DNA of 44,480 bases, filler included, from Jimgerdemannia flammicorona (GCA_003990765.1; 2 parts of 2 records of this genome joined end to end with filler, not necessarily neighbours in it), one strand, 5' to 3'; shown: positions 1 through 12,976, counted from the first letter of the whole stretch. Program-made: numbers and translations. Notes: a model not told the origin generated them from the sequence alone.

Positions 1-111
1 AAACATTTAGACAATGTCTAAATGCTATGCTAAATCGGGGTATTCGATTTGGATAATGTCTAAAATTTAGACAATGTCTAAGAAATTAGACAATGTCGAA
101 ATCGAGGACTG
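1..111. mobile_element. Probable terminus of a DNA transposon with subterminal palindromic repeats
   Basis: Four copies of the palindrome TTTAGACA-A-TGTCTAAA (about 5-23, 48-64, 66-82, 86-101) are followed by TCGAGGACTG, which reads CAGTCCTCGA on the minus strand. The other end is outside the window. Confidence 0.45.
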
Positions 112-1331
112 CTAACTATAAGGCTATACTACTTTGGGAATGGGTGCGATCAAGTGTCTATTCCCTATTTCCTTCTTCCAAATTCGGCTGTACCGTCACA
201 ATATATATAACTATATATATCATTTTTAAGTTACATTACTCAATATATAAATATATACTATCTGAAATAATAAACAATATTCTTCTGCTCTTCTTCTCTG
301 CTCTCCACTTTATACTTTAACTAAGTTATAACAATAACATAATTTTTCTACAAATTTATATCAAACTATTAATATAGCTATTGTCTCAGAAGTATGAGAA
401 TGTTCTTAATGTATTTATTTCTATTTACATGAATTTTCAATCATATATAAAAATAATAATAGAAGTCAGTATATCTCAGTTATATACCTCAGTGAAAATA
501 ATCCTATATAACTCTTACTGAGATACTCTTAATCTGCTTAAATGTGACTTTTTCTTAGTATCTCAAGGTGCTCTTTTCATTGAGGTTATATATATTTTTT
601 TTTCTTTAATACAGAGGGTGGGGTTCTATATTTTTTATATTTTTTCCATGTGAGAGTGACTATTTTTCCTCATTGGCAAATTTGCTTACTCCACCCAATT
701 GGCTAGCTGCAGTCAGCTCATTGACCCCTGATTCATCACATTTGGTCCACATAAAATTTTAACTAGGGACCACATTCCTCACTGTGAGTTAATCTCAAAT
801 TAATCATATCCATACCTATTTTGAGAAGGATTTGACAGTGGACAAAGCTGATTTATATACATCCATCCGATGGCAGCATGGGCTGTTCCAGGCTTCGGAT
901 TAATCTTCCCGTGCTGATCCCCCTCCCTGCGGTTTCATTTATAAATTTTGGAAAATGCTAAATTTGTCACGGTGGCACAGGTGCTGGTACGTGGAATTTG
1001 CACCATTCTGACTGCATATAATTTCCGACATGAATCGCTCCCATGTTTGGGAGTTTATATTCCAGCTTGACCAGAGATATTGAATTTATAATTACATCTA
1101 CTTCTCAATATTAAACTTGGGTCTCTTTTCTTGCAGACGTATCACTTTTTTTTTATTGGTGTTGTAGCATGATGTTTCAGAAACACCACTTGGCAGGATT
1201 CGTCACCTAGACCCTCCCTGGTGTGATGATGTTTTAACTTAACCACCTGTCAACAGCGCGGATTGGATGACGTAAACGAATAGGCTTCATTCCCGCAAAC
1301 ATGCATAAAGCTCCGATTGGGCCGGTTTGGG

Positions 1332-1387
1332 CCCAACCCGAAATCTTTGGTCCCAACCCGAAATCTTTGGTCCCAACCCGAAATCTT
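1332..1387 (+). repeat. 20-bp tandem repeat (CCCAACCCGAAATCTTTGGT), about 2.8 copies
   Basis: Exact 20-bp periodicity read directly. Confidence 0.9.
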
Positions 1388-1675
1388 CTGTTCGGTTTGG
1401 TCCAGGCACATCAAATATATGATGGCGCTCTTGGTAGAAAGAGCATAGAATTGATGGGCGGAGTCCTGGCAGGCGAACTTCATGATTCAATATCATAAGA
1501 TCCAACTTAGAGGTTTATGCTGGTTTGTCATCTCGAAATTTATATCAAACTTTGAAATTCTGTTACTCGACAAAAACATGTCCGAATTTTATGATATTTG
1601 TTGCACTGGATTTTCCTAAATGAGGCGAATCCAAGCTAAAAGTACATCAAAGCTGGATATGTTTTCGTCAACTCC

Positions 1676-1855
1676 GATTCTATTTCGAAATTTAAATTAA
1701 ATTTTAAAATTCTGTTACTAAACGAGAACATGGCCAAATTTTATGATCTTTATTGTACTGGATGAGGCGAATCCAACAAGCTAAAATGCATGAAAATTGG
1801 ACATGTTGTCAAGTAACAGAATTTCAAAGTTTGATTTAAATTTCGATATAGAATC
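1676..1855. repeat. Long imperfect inverted repeat, with a second partial copy of the same unit at about 1530-1670
   Basis: GATTCTATTTCGAAATTTAAATTAAATTTTAAAATTCTGTTACT (1676-1719) pairs with AGTAACAGAATTTCAAAGTTTGATTTAAATTTCGATATAGAATC (1812-1855). Confidence 0.85.
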
Positions 1856-2071
1856 AAATCGACGGGGTTCGGGTACAAAGTCAGGTCGGCGATTTTTCTT
1901 TTCAAATTGCTGCAGGGTCAGCTATTTTTTGGGTTTCGTAAATTCTGGGTAGGCTCCATTGTGTACACGGGTCGGGTCGGTCGGGTTGCGGAGCTCTACC
2001 TGCAACTGAATTTCCCTTGTCCGAGCATCCCTCTGCAGGGTGATGATATTGATGATGACGTTTATAACTAT

Positions 2072-3700
2072 ATGCACAATGCCCAACACCCGAAAAAGAA
2101 AGCCAACCTCGTCGGCGACGTCAGCCCCATGACCAGTGCCTTTGGCGAGGAAAGACACGGCGACGTCGTCGCTCAGAAGCCGAAGTCGAATGAGCTCCCA
2201 GCTTTGCCGCCGGGACCGTTCCAGGACGACATCGTGCGATGCAAGCGGCCAGCTGCTTTGGGTAAAACCGGCATTGTTGATGTCTTTGCACTTGGTTCAA
2301 CAACAGCCAAAAGAAGGTAAGTTGACCATGTATCCAAGACCATCAATGAGAAAAGGTCGAACTCGGCAACAAGAACCTGCTCTGCGATCAAGCCAAGCCC
2401 ATCGATTGCAACGGCAAACCCAATGCCTTTGGCGGAAAGTGGCAGGAACAAAAGTGTCCAGTCCCACGGCGTGGACATTCCATGGTGAGTCGTTCGTCAA
2501 ACTCGTGCAGCGCTGTCCACGCGATGTCATGGGTAAGTATATTAGTTTCGCAACAATTACGGTACATACATCCATGATAGTTGTTGAGACACTTCAGCCG
2601 GCTCTCACAACACGCCTCGCGTGACCGCAGTGCCTGCGCTCATGATGGATGTTGAGACTGTTAAGGCCGCACCCACGCCGCGTCCATCTGCTCTAGAGGA
2701 CAACATGAAAGGCATTGTGCCCCTCCCCGTTCGAACACCATCACTATCCTTCAGATAATTGATATGGATACGGACGTGAACCCACAGCCTGTGGGGAACT
2801 CATTCGCCTACCGCCGGACCGTCCCGCCCATCCGATGCACCGTCCTCTCTCGTTGGTTCTACTCACTGTGGCCAATGAGCAGGACCTTGTCAATCGAAGC
2901 CAATCGTCACCGTCGTCCCCGCGCTATTCGCTCACACCCACCGTTGTTACCTCATCATCCGGTATCACCTCTGCGAATTCCAACTGCCAGACGCAAGGCT
3001 GCATCATCAGTAGGACGAGGTTGCTCTCCTTCGACCTCTAATGATGAGTATATACTAGCGTCCCGTGCCGAAGGTAAATCCGACTACGTGGCGCACAAAC
3101 CTCCCGGGCGGAAAATCACAGTCGATGAAGCCAGCCTCGCGGTCCGGCATGACCGGCTCCGATTCCCTTCAGGTGAGACCCGCTTGGCCTGCAATATCGG
3201 TGCCATTCGTCCGGCTCCATCAGGGACACTACCGCCGCCGCCTCGCCCATCTCGCCCAGTTCTCACTCACTGCTCCCGAGGCGGGGCAAGGAGAGGAGGT
3301 GGTGGTAGTGAATGCTGGCCGAGCTGCGGTGGCAAAGGTAAAAAGTGATGGTCTGAAGGTGAGGTTTTATGGGTGGGGAAAAGAAGACGATGGAAGATGA
3401 AGAGGAGGATGACACAATCGGAGACCATCAAAAACCTGTCTGATGCCTTCAATAACGAGTTGGAGATCAAGAACCAGCTGGTGGCCCGTCATGAACGAGT
3501 TGGAGGCATTGGGAGACCGTCTAAAAGCCCGTCAGACCCCATCGGACCCCGTGAGGGACCAGTCTGACACGGTGAAAAAACGGTCGGACCATGTGAAAAA
3601 CCAGTTGGACGTGACCATGCCTGAGAACCTCATAAAAGGGGTTGAACTCGCTCCGATCTCGCCTGCGCTGGCATTTGTGGTTGTCGCAAGCTTTTTAGGA
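2072..3700 (+). pseudogene. Possible degenerate or spliced Pro/Ser-rich hypothetical gene
   Basis: GC-rich, coding-like stretch with overlapping broken ORFs and GTAAGT donors near 2317 and 2533. No recognisable domain. Confidence 0.25.
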
Positions 3701-3964
3701 TGACTTCAATACTAGATTCGGGCTTTTTTTTTGTTAATAGTCGTGATTGGGCTAGTAGTAAATACTCACGTACTTTCACATTTTACCAGAGATTGAACCA
3801 TTTTGTATTAGAATATTCTACAAGAGCTCCTGCACAAGAGAATTTACGTAATACTGATACAAAACAAGCATAACTGCAAGTTTTACAAGAAATAAAACCC
3901 CTGTGCAACACTTGAGAATTGCAATAATGGGTACAAAAGAACCATGGCTTGGAGCAAGTCGCAA

Positions 3965-4430
3965 ACCATTGTCGCTATTTCGCTCTGTCGTCGTCATTTC
4001 AACCCATCATCATAACTTGGCCATTCGCCACCGTTCGGCGTTGTTTTCAGTCTATTGCTATCGGTTTGTTGACCGGCTTCATCTTTTTGCAGTTCGGTAT
4101 TGTTTTTACAGTCTGTCCCCGTTGTTTTGTAGTCTATTTGCACTTCGTAGTTGTTTTGCAGTTTGCCATGGTTTGGCAGTCCGTCATCATCCTTTCAGAT
4201 TTCAGTCCGCCATTGTAATTTTTACAGGCCATCACCATTTTGCAATCCATCGTCGTCATTGTTTTTGGTCAGTCATCGTCGTTTTGTAGTCCATCGTCGT
4301 TTTGCAGTCCATCGTTTTGCAGTCCATCGTCGTCGTTTTACAGTTTTGCGGTCCTTCATAATCGCTTTGAAGGCGTCGGTGTGTCGCCATTATCACGTCC
4401 CCTGGCAATTTCTGTCGTTTGCGTACGCTA
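3965..4430 (+). repeat. Degenerate ~21-bp GTCGTCGTTTTGCAGTC minisatellite, unit A (also 6515-6960 and 15985-16300; inverted at 8870-9365 and 18880-19333)
   Basis: Repeated TTTTGCAGTC and GTCGTC motifs that generate the spurious LQSVVV / FCSPSSS / FAVRRR ORFs. Confidence 0.8.
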
Positions 4431-4736
4431 CGTGGCCTTTCCTTCACCTTTGCTATCATTCCTCGCCCCCCTTTGGTAATTATTTCCCCATGCTGCAGGG
4501 CATATAAATGCCTGCGGAGTTGCACGTCGACATATTCTTATTTCTGTTTAGGACTGAATCATCCAGTAGGAACACCAAGATACCTAAGCAATAGAAAAAG
4601 AAAAACATATATAGTATATGGTGTTGCTTTATTCCTTGTCACGATGTGACATGAAATGCCAAATGGTAAGTCACGTAGCATATGAGTGTGCACCGTGCTT
4701 TCACACCATGGTCTTTGGGTCTGTGACGATGCATTC

Positions 4737-4772
<36 letters not shown>

Positions 4773-5112
4773 CAGACGAAAGCGGCGTCTGGCTATTGTA
4801 TTTGTGAGGGAAAATATATTAGAAAACAGAGTAAAGCACCAACCGTTCGCGTTACCTCAAAAAAAGAAAAAAAATACCAAGTAACTAATTCACACGATTG
4901 CATAGTGTAATATCTGCCACAGGAATGACATCAATTGATCATCTGAAACTCAAGTGGAAGATATTACCGTGGGAAGGTCGAACGGTATGGATATAGGCAT
5001 AGGTATGAAAATGAGAATATGCATATTGTTCGTAATGCTCTTTCTACTTTAAACGAATCATGCCACTAGCTAATCAACTTGTTGGAATGCATGTGTTTCA
5101 TAAATAGGATGC

Positions 5113-5604
5113 CTAATCGAAATCGTGGAACCTGAGCCGAAATCGAATCAAGCGCATATTGGGGTCCTCCTTCTCCGCACTTATGTCGTCGACACTAAAT
5201 CGGTCCCGATTAACCAATGCCACGAGCTCCAGCTTGAAATTTTGCAACGCCGCATCGGTCTGGGGGAAGCGCTCATCGACGAAGTCCCAGAGAATCGACC
5301 AGTCTGGCCGGCCACAGGCGCGGCGCTCAGCAAAGTTGAGTTTATTCAACATCTCCTCCCGGCCCCCGCCGCCCGCTGGGTCTTCTGCTGTGGCCGCCAC
5401 CAGCCTCTCCGGCCTCGAGTTCGGGAACCTCAGGTCAAGCACCACGAAGCTGCCCCAGTGTTTTTTCTTTCTTAGGACGGGGTCGTGGATCGCCTGAATG
5501 AAGCGCGCTATGTGCACACCGTACACCACCATCATATTGCTAAGGCGGAATATCTCATGTTTAGGAGGTGTGCGGGACCGACGGTTTGAGAATGTGTTAC
5601 CCAT
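5113..5604 (-). CDS. Hypothetical 163-aa protein with N-myristoylation motif (MGNTFS); array family member 1, intact
   Basis: Intronless ORF sharing YGVHIARFIQ, FVVLDLRFPNSxPERLVAATA, WDFVDERF and DPNMRLIR blocks with the 17224-17745 paralog. Confidence 0.75.
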   Translation of the reverse strand: MGNTFSNRRSRTPPKHEIFRLSNMMVVYGVHIARFIQAIHDPVLRKKKHWGSFVVLDLRFPNSRPERLVAATAEDPAGGGGREEMLNKLNFAERRACGRPDWSILWDFVDERFPQTDAALQNFKLELVALVNRDRFSVDDISAEKEDPNMRLIRFRLRFHDFD

Positions 5605-5733
5605 ATTAGATTCGGTAAAAATGGGGAATCTAATTTGTTTTATTTATTACAGACCGAGATTGTTTGGATCTGGTTGTGTAACCCCGATGATTTACGCTTC
5701 AGTCATTAAAATTTGGTACATTAAAAGACTACA

Positions 5734-5783
<50 letters not shown>

Positions 5784-7550
5784 AAATAGCTAGTGAAGGG
5801 CGCTTCCTTCCATGATTTTCTATTGTTCGGCGTCTTCCTTTATGGCTATGGCGTTTCTTTGATAAATAAAACTATGAGTCAGGGAAAATAGAGTTCGCCT
5901 AGAAAGCACATCACGGAGAAACAGTCTGTATAATAGTATTCTACAGCCAAACCCGACCCGACTTGACCCTGTTGACCAGACTTGAAACCTAGCAATTTAT
6001 TTAATTTGATCGTGCGGAGTTTTATAATGATTTGATTCCTCGAGTTGCCCCTATTAAATTAAAATTCAAACGTCAGCGAGGGCGTTTTATCCTCCTGAAC
6101 GGTAGTGGGCCGACCTTTTAGAGAAATAAAACGGACGAAAAAAAATTGCGATTTCTTGCGTGATGATCTCTTTTAATTGCTATAGCGACCCTTTGAGATA
6201 GGTGCCAAAAAGACAACACAAGAGCAATAGGACTACAAAAATTCGGGTCCCGACTTGAAAGATTCCGAAATATATTTGGGAATTCTCGCCCTATTTGTCA
6301 ATTTAAACCTAGCTGGAGGGGCACATCAAAACACAATGCCATGCCATAGAAGAGAAATTTACCACATTTTGTACCAGAATATTCATACAAGAGCCCCTGC
6401 ACAAGGAAATTTACATAAGACCGATGCAAGTGAAGCACAACTGCAAGTTTGTATATACCAGAAATAAAGCCGCTGTACAACACTTGAGAATTGCGATTTA
6501 GCAAGTTGCAAACCATTGTCGTTATTTCGCTCTGTCGTCGTCATTTCGAATAATCGTAAATTTGCCATCCGTCACCGTTCGGCGTTGCTTTGCAGTCTGT
6601 GCTGTCGGTCGTATTCCATCTTCATCCTTTTGCAGTCTGTCGTCGTTTTGCAGTTCGGCTTTTTTTTTTTTTTTGCAGCTTATCATAGTTTGGCAGTCCT
6701 CAGAACGTCACTTTACAGGCCGTCACCACGTCATTGTTTTGTCGTCATTTTACAGTCCGTCATCGTCGTTTTTCATCCGTCGTTTTGCATTCCATCGCCA
6801 TTTTGCAGTCCATCGTTGTCGTTTTAGAATTCAGTATTGTTTTCGCAGTCTATCCACTGGTTGTTTTGCAGTCCGTCATCCTTGTTTTGCAGGCGTTGGT
6901 GTATGTCGCCACCATCATTCCTTGACAATGTCCGTCGTTTGCATACGCTATGTCGCTTTCTTCTTAACCTTTTCCATCATTCCTTGACTCCTTTTTGGTA
7001 ATTTTTTCCCTATGCTGCAGAACATAGAAATTCCTGCGGATTTGCAGATCGACATATCCTTATTTCCGTTTAGGATCTGCAACAGGACTGAAGCATCTAG
7101 TAGGGACACCAAGATACCTAAACAATAGAAAAATAAAAATATATAGTATAGTGTTGACTTCATTCCTAGTCATTATTTCATGATTTTCATAGCTCTCTTC
7201 ATTAAATGCTAACATATATCACGTAGCCTATGAATGTACACCGTGATTTCACACCGCGATCCTTCCCAAATGAAAAGAGGTAGACGAAACCGGAATCTGC
7301 TTACATTGTTTCCCACTAAGAGAAAAATTTATTAGAAAGCACACATGTCAGCAGATACGACCAGTGCTTTTCGTGAACTCCGCCAACTGTTCGCGCTACC
7401 ACGAAATGTATCTACAGCGAGTTGCATAGTGTAATATCTGCCTCAAGTGGAAGATATTAGCACGGAAAGGACGAACGGTTTGGATATAATCATAGGCAGA
7501 GAAATGAAAGTAGTGTATATTGTTTGTAATGCCATTTGTACTTCAAAACG

Positions 7551-8018
7551 CTATTCGAAATCGTGGACTCGAAGCCGAAAGCAAATCAAGCGCATATTGG
7601 GCCCCCGCCTCTGTACTAATGCCGTCCACACTGAGCCGGCCCCTATTCACCATTGCCACGAGCTCCAGCTTGAGATTTTCCAACTCCGCCTCGGTCTGGT
7701 GCGCTCATCGACGAAACCCCAGAAGATTGACCAGGCCGGGCGGCCGCAGCCACGGCGCTCGACAAAGTTGAGTTTATTCAACATACCCTTCCGATTCTTT
7801 CTTTGGCCGTGGCCCACCAGCCTCTCCGACTTCGAGTTCGGGAACCGAAGGTCGAGCACCACGAGGCCTCCCCCAAAGTTTTTTCTTCACTAGGGGGTGG
7901 TGGATCGCCTGAATGAAGCGCGTTATGTGCACACCGTACACCTCCATCATAAGGCATCTTCAGGAGGTATGCAGGACCGACGGTTTGAGGCACGAAGGCG
8001 AGAAGATGTGTTGCCCAT
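7551..8018 (-). pseudogene. Array family member 2, frameshifted (starts MGNTSS)
   Basis: Early frameshift and stop. VVLDLRFPNSKSERLV and WGFVDER are retained, and the homologous stop codon is at 7551. Confidence 0.8.
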
Positions 8019-8449
8019 GTTGGATTCAGTATGATTGTGGAATTATTATTATTATTATTATTATTAAAGAGCAGGCCGAGAGGGTCCGTATATTTATTGG
8101 ATCAGACTATGGACTTCTATAATGTAGACTGCTTAAGCCATTAAATCAGATACGTGAAATTTCAATAAATTATAATAATAATTATCAATACAGCGGAGGG
8201 AGTTCGTGCATTATATTCTTTAGTCCGGCCTCTTCCTTTAATCACTAGGGCGACCCTTTGAAAAATGGGGGCCAAAAGAGATAACACAAGGAAAAATAGA
8301 ACTATGAGGTCAAGGAAAAGCCAGGAGAGCCGAGTCACTCAAACGTATACTCGTAGAAAAAGTATATAATAGTGTTCGCAGCCAAACACGACCCGACTTG
8401 ACCCGAGAGTGGGAATAAATTCGCGGAGTCATACCCCAGATCAAATCGC

Positions 8450-8515
8450 GATTTGGCGATTTGGCGATTTGACAATTTGAAAATTTGACGATTTGACGAT
8501 TTTGGCGATTTGATG
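8450..8515 (+). repeat. 8-bp degenerate tandem repeat (GATTTGGC/GATTTGAC)
   Basis: Read directly. Confidence 0.75.
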
Positions 8516-9498
8516 CATTGAGGATTTGAGAGGGGCGCACAATCCAAATGTCATGCCATACAAGAGAATTGCCCGAGGGTTAGCTATTTTGTACCAGAAT
8601 ATTCATGCATAAGAGACTTTATAAGGCCGAGAGTATTGTAGAGAAGTTGAGAACCCTTGTACAAAACTGCAAATGCAGTTAAAGGATACGGAGAGCCATG
8701 AAAATCGTGAGAAATGAAGTCAACACAATATACTATACATTTTTTACCCTATTGTTTAAATATCTTCAATCCATTTGCCGATCCTATACAGTGTCGACAC
8801 GCCACTCCGCAGGCATTTCTATGCTCCGCAGCATGATGCTAAAGAAGGAAGAAAGCGTAAACGAAGGAACGTGATGTTTGCACACGCCGACGCCTGATGC
8901 TGGACTGCAAATAAAGACGAACTGCAAAATGTGACGGCCTGCAAAATGACAACGGACTAAAATGACGACGGCGAACTGCGAACTGCAAAACGGCGGATTG
9001 CAAACAATGAAGAGCCGCTAAACAATGACGACACGGACTAAAATGTCGACGGCAAACTGCAAAACAACTTGTAAACAATAAACAATAATAATGAACTACA
9101 AATAATGACGGCAGACTGCAAAACAACGGGGGCATACTGCGAAACAGCGGGGACAGACTGCAAAACAACAGAAAAACAACCGGAATAGACTGCAAAACAA
9201 CAGGAAACAACGGGGACAGACTGCAAAACAACGGAGACAGACTGCAAAACAACGGAGACAGACTGCAAAACAACGGGGACAGACTGCGAAAACAATGCCA
9301 AAATATAAACGATGACGATGGACTGCAAAACAATGATGACGGGTTGCAAAACAACGACGGCGGTCAACTGTTCGTGCTCCTTCGAAAAAAATGCCGAGTA
9401 TTAATTTACATCGAGTTGCATAGTTTAATATTTGACATAATCATATCGGAATAACATAAATTATGCGAGCGATTCTGGGTTCATATATTATTGACATA

Positions 9499-10853
9499 CA
9501 GTGGGTCCCAAAACCGGTATTTTAATTATTTTAAATACAAATAAAATATAGATATATGCCATATTATAATATATTGTAGCCTTATGTCAAAGGTATCCAC
9601 AATTTTATTGAATTAAGATTCATTTACACTCTTTGTCCCGTGGATGCATGAAATTTTTATGGTTCTTTCAATACCCCCATACAATTTATTCTGCCGAAAT
9701 CCCCCCTTTTTAAAAAATAATGAAGAAAATCACCGTAGACGTTCACAACAACGTCATCAGTATGCTGAATTCGGGCGCATCGACACGAAAAATCGCTGAA
9801 CAGATGGCGTTGGCAAAACATCCGTCATCCGTATTAGAAAGACATTGCAACGACATTATCTTGTCCAAAGGGGATACTTTCAGCTCGCGATAAATCATCA
9901 GGTGACGAGCGGTAAGGTGGATACCGCCCCAATGGCTGCAAAACGGCTTCAAGAAGATGGCAAAGCCAATGCCAGTGCGGAAAGGGTGCGTCGGCCCCTG
10001 AAAGAAACCGGTTTGAAAGCCGCCGTGAAGCAAAAGAAACCAAGATTGCTACCCCGGCATGTTAAGGCTCGATACAAATTCGCCTGCAAGCGCAAGACTG
10101 GACGGTAGATGACTGGAAACGCATCGTAATCTCGGTTTGGGTCTGACGGACGACAATGGGTATGGAAAACAAAGGGCGGACCTATCAAAGAGAATCACGT
10201 TACACCGACGGTAAAATTCGGAGGCGCCGGATATGCATGCAAGATCGACGGAACTATGGATGCGGAGCTCTACAAGAACATCCTCGACGATGAATTGAAG
10301 GAATCTATTGATTATTTTAAGATCGATCGAAAACGGATGATATTTCAACAAGACAATGATCCAAAACATACCTTGCATATCGCGAAGAAATGGTTCAAAA
10401 ACCACTCTATTCGTCTTTTAGACTGGCTGGCTCAGTCTCCCGACCTAAACACAATCGAACACCTGTGGGCGCATCTCAACAGTCAGCTCGATGCATATGA
10501 GAACACCCCAAGGGGATACATGAGCTTTGGGAGCGGGTGGAGGATGAATGGAATGCAATTCCAGCCCAAGTTTGTGCGGATTTAATCGAGAGCATGCCGG
10601 GACGCCTTTTGGCAGTGTATAAGGCCAAAGGAGGCTACGTGAAGTATTAAAACGGTACGGCCACAAAGCTGGTCCAATGCGCCGCCGTTTTTAAGGATTT
10701 TTTTAAAGGTGAAATAAATATTAAATTCAATAAAATTAGTATTCTTGGATAGGGCTACAATATATTATAATATGGCATATATCTATATTTTATTTGTATT
10801 TAAAATAATTAAAATAGAAAATTTAATAAAATGTTGGACCGGTTTTGGGACTG
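9499..10853 (+). mobile_element. Tc1/mariner (DD34E) DNA transposon, defective
   Basis: TA flanks both ends. TIRs of more than 100 bp start CAGT(GGGT)CCCAAAACCGGT and carry indels. A transposase relic lies inside. Confidence 0.92.
9720..10650 (+). pseudogene. Tc1 transposase pseudogene
   Basis: FQQDNDPKHT...QSPDLNTIEHLW with 34 residues between D and E; C-terminus GGYVKY*; several frameshifts; the first catalytic WSDE motif is deleted between DDWKRIVI and RFGSDGRQWVW. Confidence 0.9.
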
Positions 10854-11117
10854 TATGATGCTTACAGTGTGAGTCTCATAAGAACATAGATATTTTGGTA
10901 TAATACTCCGACTCGATCATATATTGTGCATCTTCTAGCTTATGGTATATACCGCTCAATACATTGGATTAGTTACACATCGGAAGCACATGAAGACCTA
11001 AGTGGAAGATATTTGCACAGGAAGATCAAATTGTTCGTAGTGATCTTTCTCCTTTTAAAAGAATCATGTCCTGGCTAATTGACTCGTTAGAATGCATGTA
11101 TTCCATATATAAAACGT

Positions 11118-11518
11118 CTATTCGAAGTCGTGGAATTGGAGCTGAAAGCGAATTAAGCGCATGTTCGGGTCCTTCGAAGGCCAACCGAAGGGTCCGTCGC
11201 CGTAACGATGTGGTCCACTTTGTCCAGTTCCAGGAAGTCGCGGGTGCTGCGCTCCACGGAATTTTATTCATTGTTTCCTACTATCCGCGGGGCCCTTTGC
11301 CGTGGCCACCAATAGCCTCTCCGGCTCCTAGTTCGAGAACTGCAAGTCAAGCACCACCGAGCTGCCCCAGCGTATCCGGTTCCTCACCAGGACGCGTTCG
11401 TGAATCATCTGGATAAAGCACACTATGAGCACGCCGTACACCCCATCATAGAACTGGGGCGGAATATCTTCAGGAGGTGCGGGGTCGACGACCGACAGCG
11501 AGAGGAAATGTTGCCCAT
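11118..11518 (-). pseudogene. Array family member 3, frameshifted and internally deleted (starts MGNISS)
   Basis: WGSSVVLDLQFSN segment, with homologous start and stop contexts. Confidence 0.75.
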
Positions 11519-11573
11519 TTGGATTGGATGAAACGAAGGGAAGCCGCTGGGCTAAGATACACAAATAAAATAG

Positions 11574-11902
11574 CTATTCGAAGTCGCGAAATTGGGCCGA
11601 AGGCGAATCACCTTCGAAGGCCAGTACACCAGTACACCGAGGGATTTGTCTTTGTAGTGATGTGGACACACTGAGTTGGCCTATTCACCTTTGTCGAACT
11701 CCAATTTGTAATTATATTTCGAACTCCGTCTCGGTCTGGTCAAAGCGCTCGACGAAGTCCCAGATAATTTCTAGGTCACAGGTGCTGTGCTCTGCGGCGT
11801 CGAGCTTCCACATTCGTTTTCTATTCTTACTGTCCGCGGGACTCGTTGCTTTGACGGCCACCAGCCTCTCCGGCTCTGAGCTCGAGAAGCACCACGAAGC
11901 TG
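11574..11902 (-). pseudogene. Array family member 4, 3' half (5' half at 15090-15260)
   Basis: Homology to 17224-17580 stops at AGCACCACGAAGCTG, where the insertion begins. Confidence 0.8.
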
Positions 11903-12007
11903 CATCACGAAAATTTTGCAGATATCCCTTGAAAAAATATTTATGGTATTAGCACGCCCGCAACATCCCTTTTGTGAGATTCCACAGAAATTGATCGATA
12001 ATAAAGG

Positions 12008-12046
12008 GGCGGTGGACGGGCGGTGGACGGGCGGTGGACGGGCGGT
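12008..12046 (+). repeat. 11-bp tandem repeat (GGCGGTGGACG), about 3.5 copies
   Basis: Read directly. Confidence 0.85.
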
Positions 12047-12976
12047 GTGCAGTCCGAAATTGTTAGGTCTAGAACGATGCTCCACGGAAATCACTCTGTC
12101 TGTTCCTCTTAGAGCTTCGTAGTGGTTGTGTCTTGGGTCTTGGCTTTCACAGCAGTTGTGTTTGGATTTTTGTTGGATTCGGAAGTTTATACTCCATTTA
12201 TTTATTCAGTTCAAATTCTAAAAATATGTGTATATACACGCACTGCTATTCGCACTCAACAGCCCTCCACTGTGAACACAGACGCGGCCACGGAGAATTA
12301 CTGGATTCTCCTTCTCCTTCTCCACCGGCACCGCGGTTATCTGGCATACACGCTCACACAAGAGCTCGAATGGCTTTATACACCGCACATTGGAGGACTA
12401 CGGGTAAGTCGCTGAACAACACCATCTCCCTCTGTCTCCAATGCTGCCGCTATCTCACGTATGCACTCACACAACTCGAATAGCTGCTCGCTTACTAATA
12501 GACCGCCGTTCCACTGAGATTCCTGTCGACGTCTCAAACCGAATCTGTTGTGAATATGGTTTTGACAAAGAGCGGCACTTTGTTGATATTGCAAATAACG
12601 CGCTTTACGCGTAACTGATTACTGATGACGTAAACTGATGACGTATTACATTGATAACGAGTTGTAAATCCCAACAGAATCTCTCCGCAGGTCATTATAA
12701 CTGTAAGCCAAGACCTCTCTCTTCTCCTCTTTACTGAAATCAGAGATCCATCCCTTTCGCTGAAAATCGGTACCTCCACCAAGATCCATTCCTCCGCCGA
12801 GATCCGTCCCTTCACCAAGAATTTGGTATGTTTGAAAAATGCATGCGTGAGGAAACGTCTCGGGATCCGTGCAATTGGTTAGCTGGAAGGACAAGGCGAG
12901 AGATGTCAGGAGGAAAAAAAAGAAAAAGCGAACCCCGTATTAAATCGAGCGATCCTTCTTACTTATTCCGATTTAT

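Larger units (their letters stand above)
1306..1998. mobile_element. Non-autonomous hAT-like element (MITE)
   Basis: Imperfect TIRs: TAAAGCTCCG at 1306 and TAGAGCTCCG as reverse complement ending at 1998. Subterminal ACCCG motifs face inward at both ends. No coding capacity and no clean 8-bp TSD. Confidence 0.5.

Noticed and set aside
190..785. Possible solo LTR or decayed TE (AT-rich, CpG-poor)
   Set aside because: No convincing termini, TSD or protein motif, so it cannot be classified
3903..4525. ORFs with LQSVVV / FCSPSSS / DCKTT repeats (also 6516-6987, 8839-9367, 15713-16315, 18676-19183) as amyloid or repeat proteins
   Set aside because: They are open in several frames on both strands, with no conserved start or stop between units; these are minisatellite translation products
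4738..5781. Poly-A runs (4738-4770, 5736-5781) as retrocopy tails
   Set aside because: They are on the wrong strand or position relative to the minus-strand gene, there is no TSD, and other units have short A-runs at the same sites
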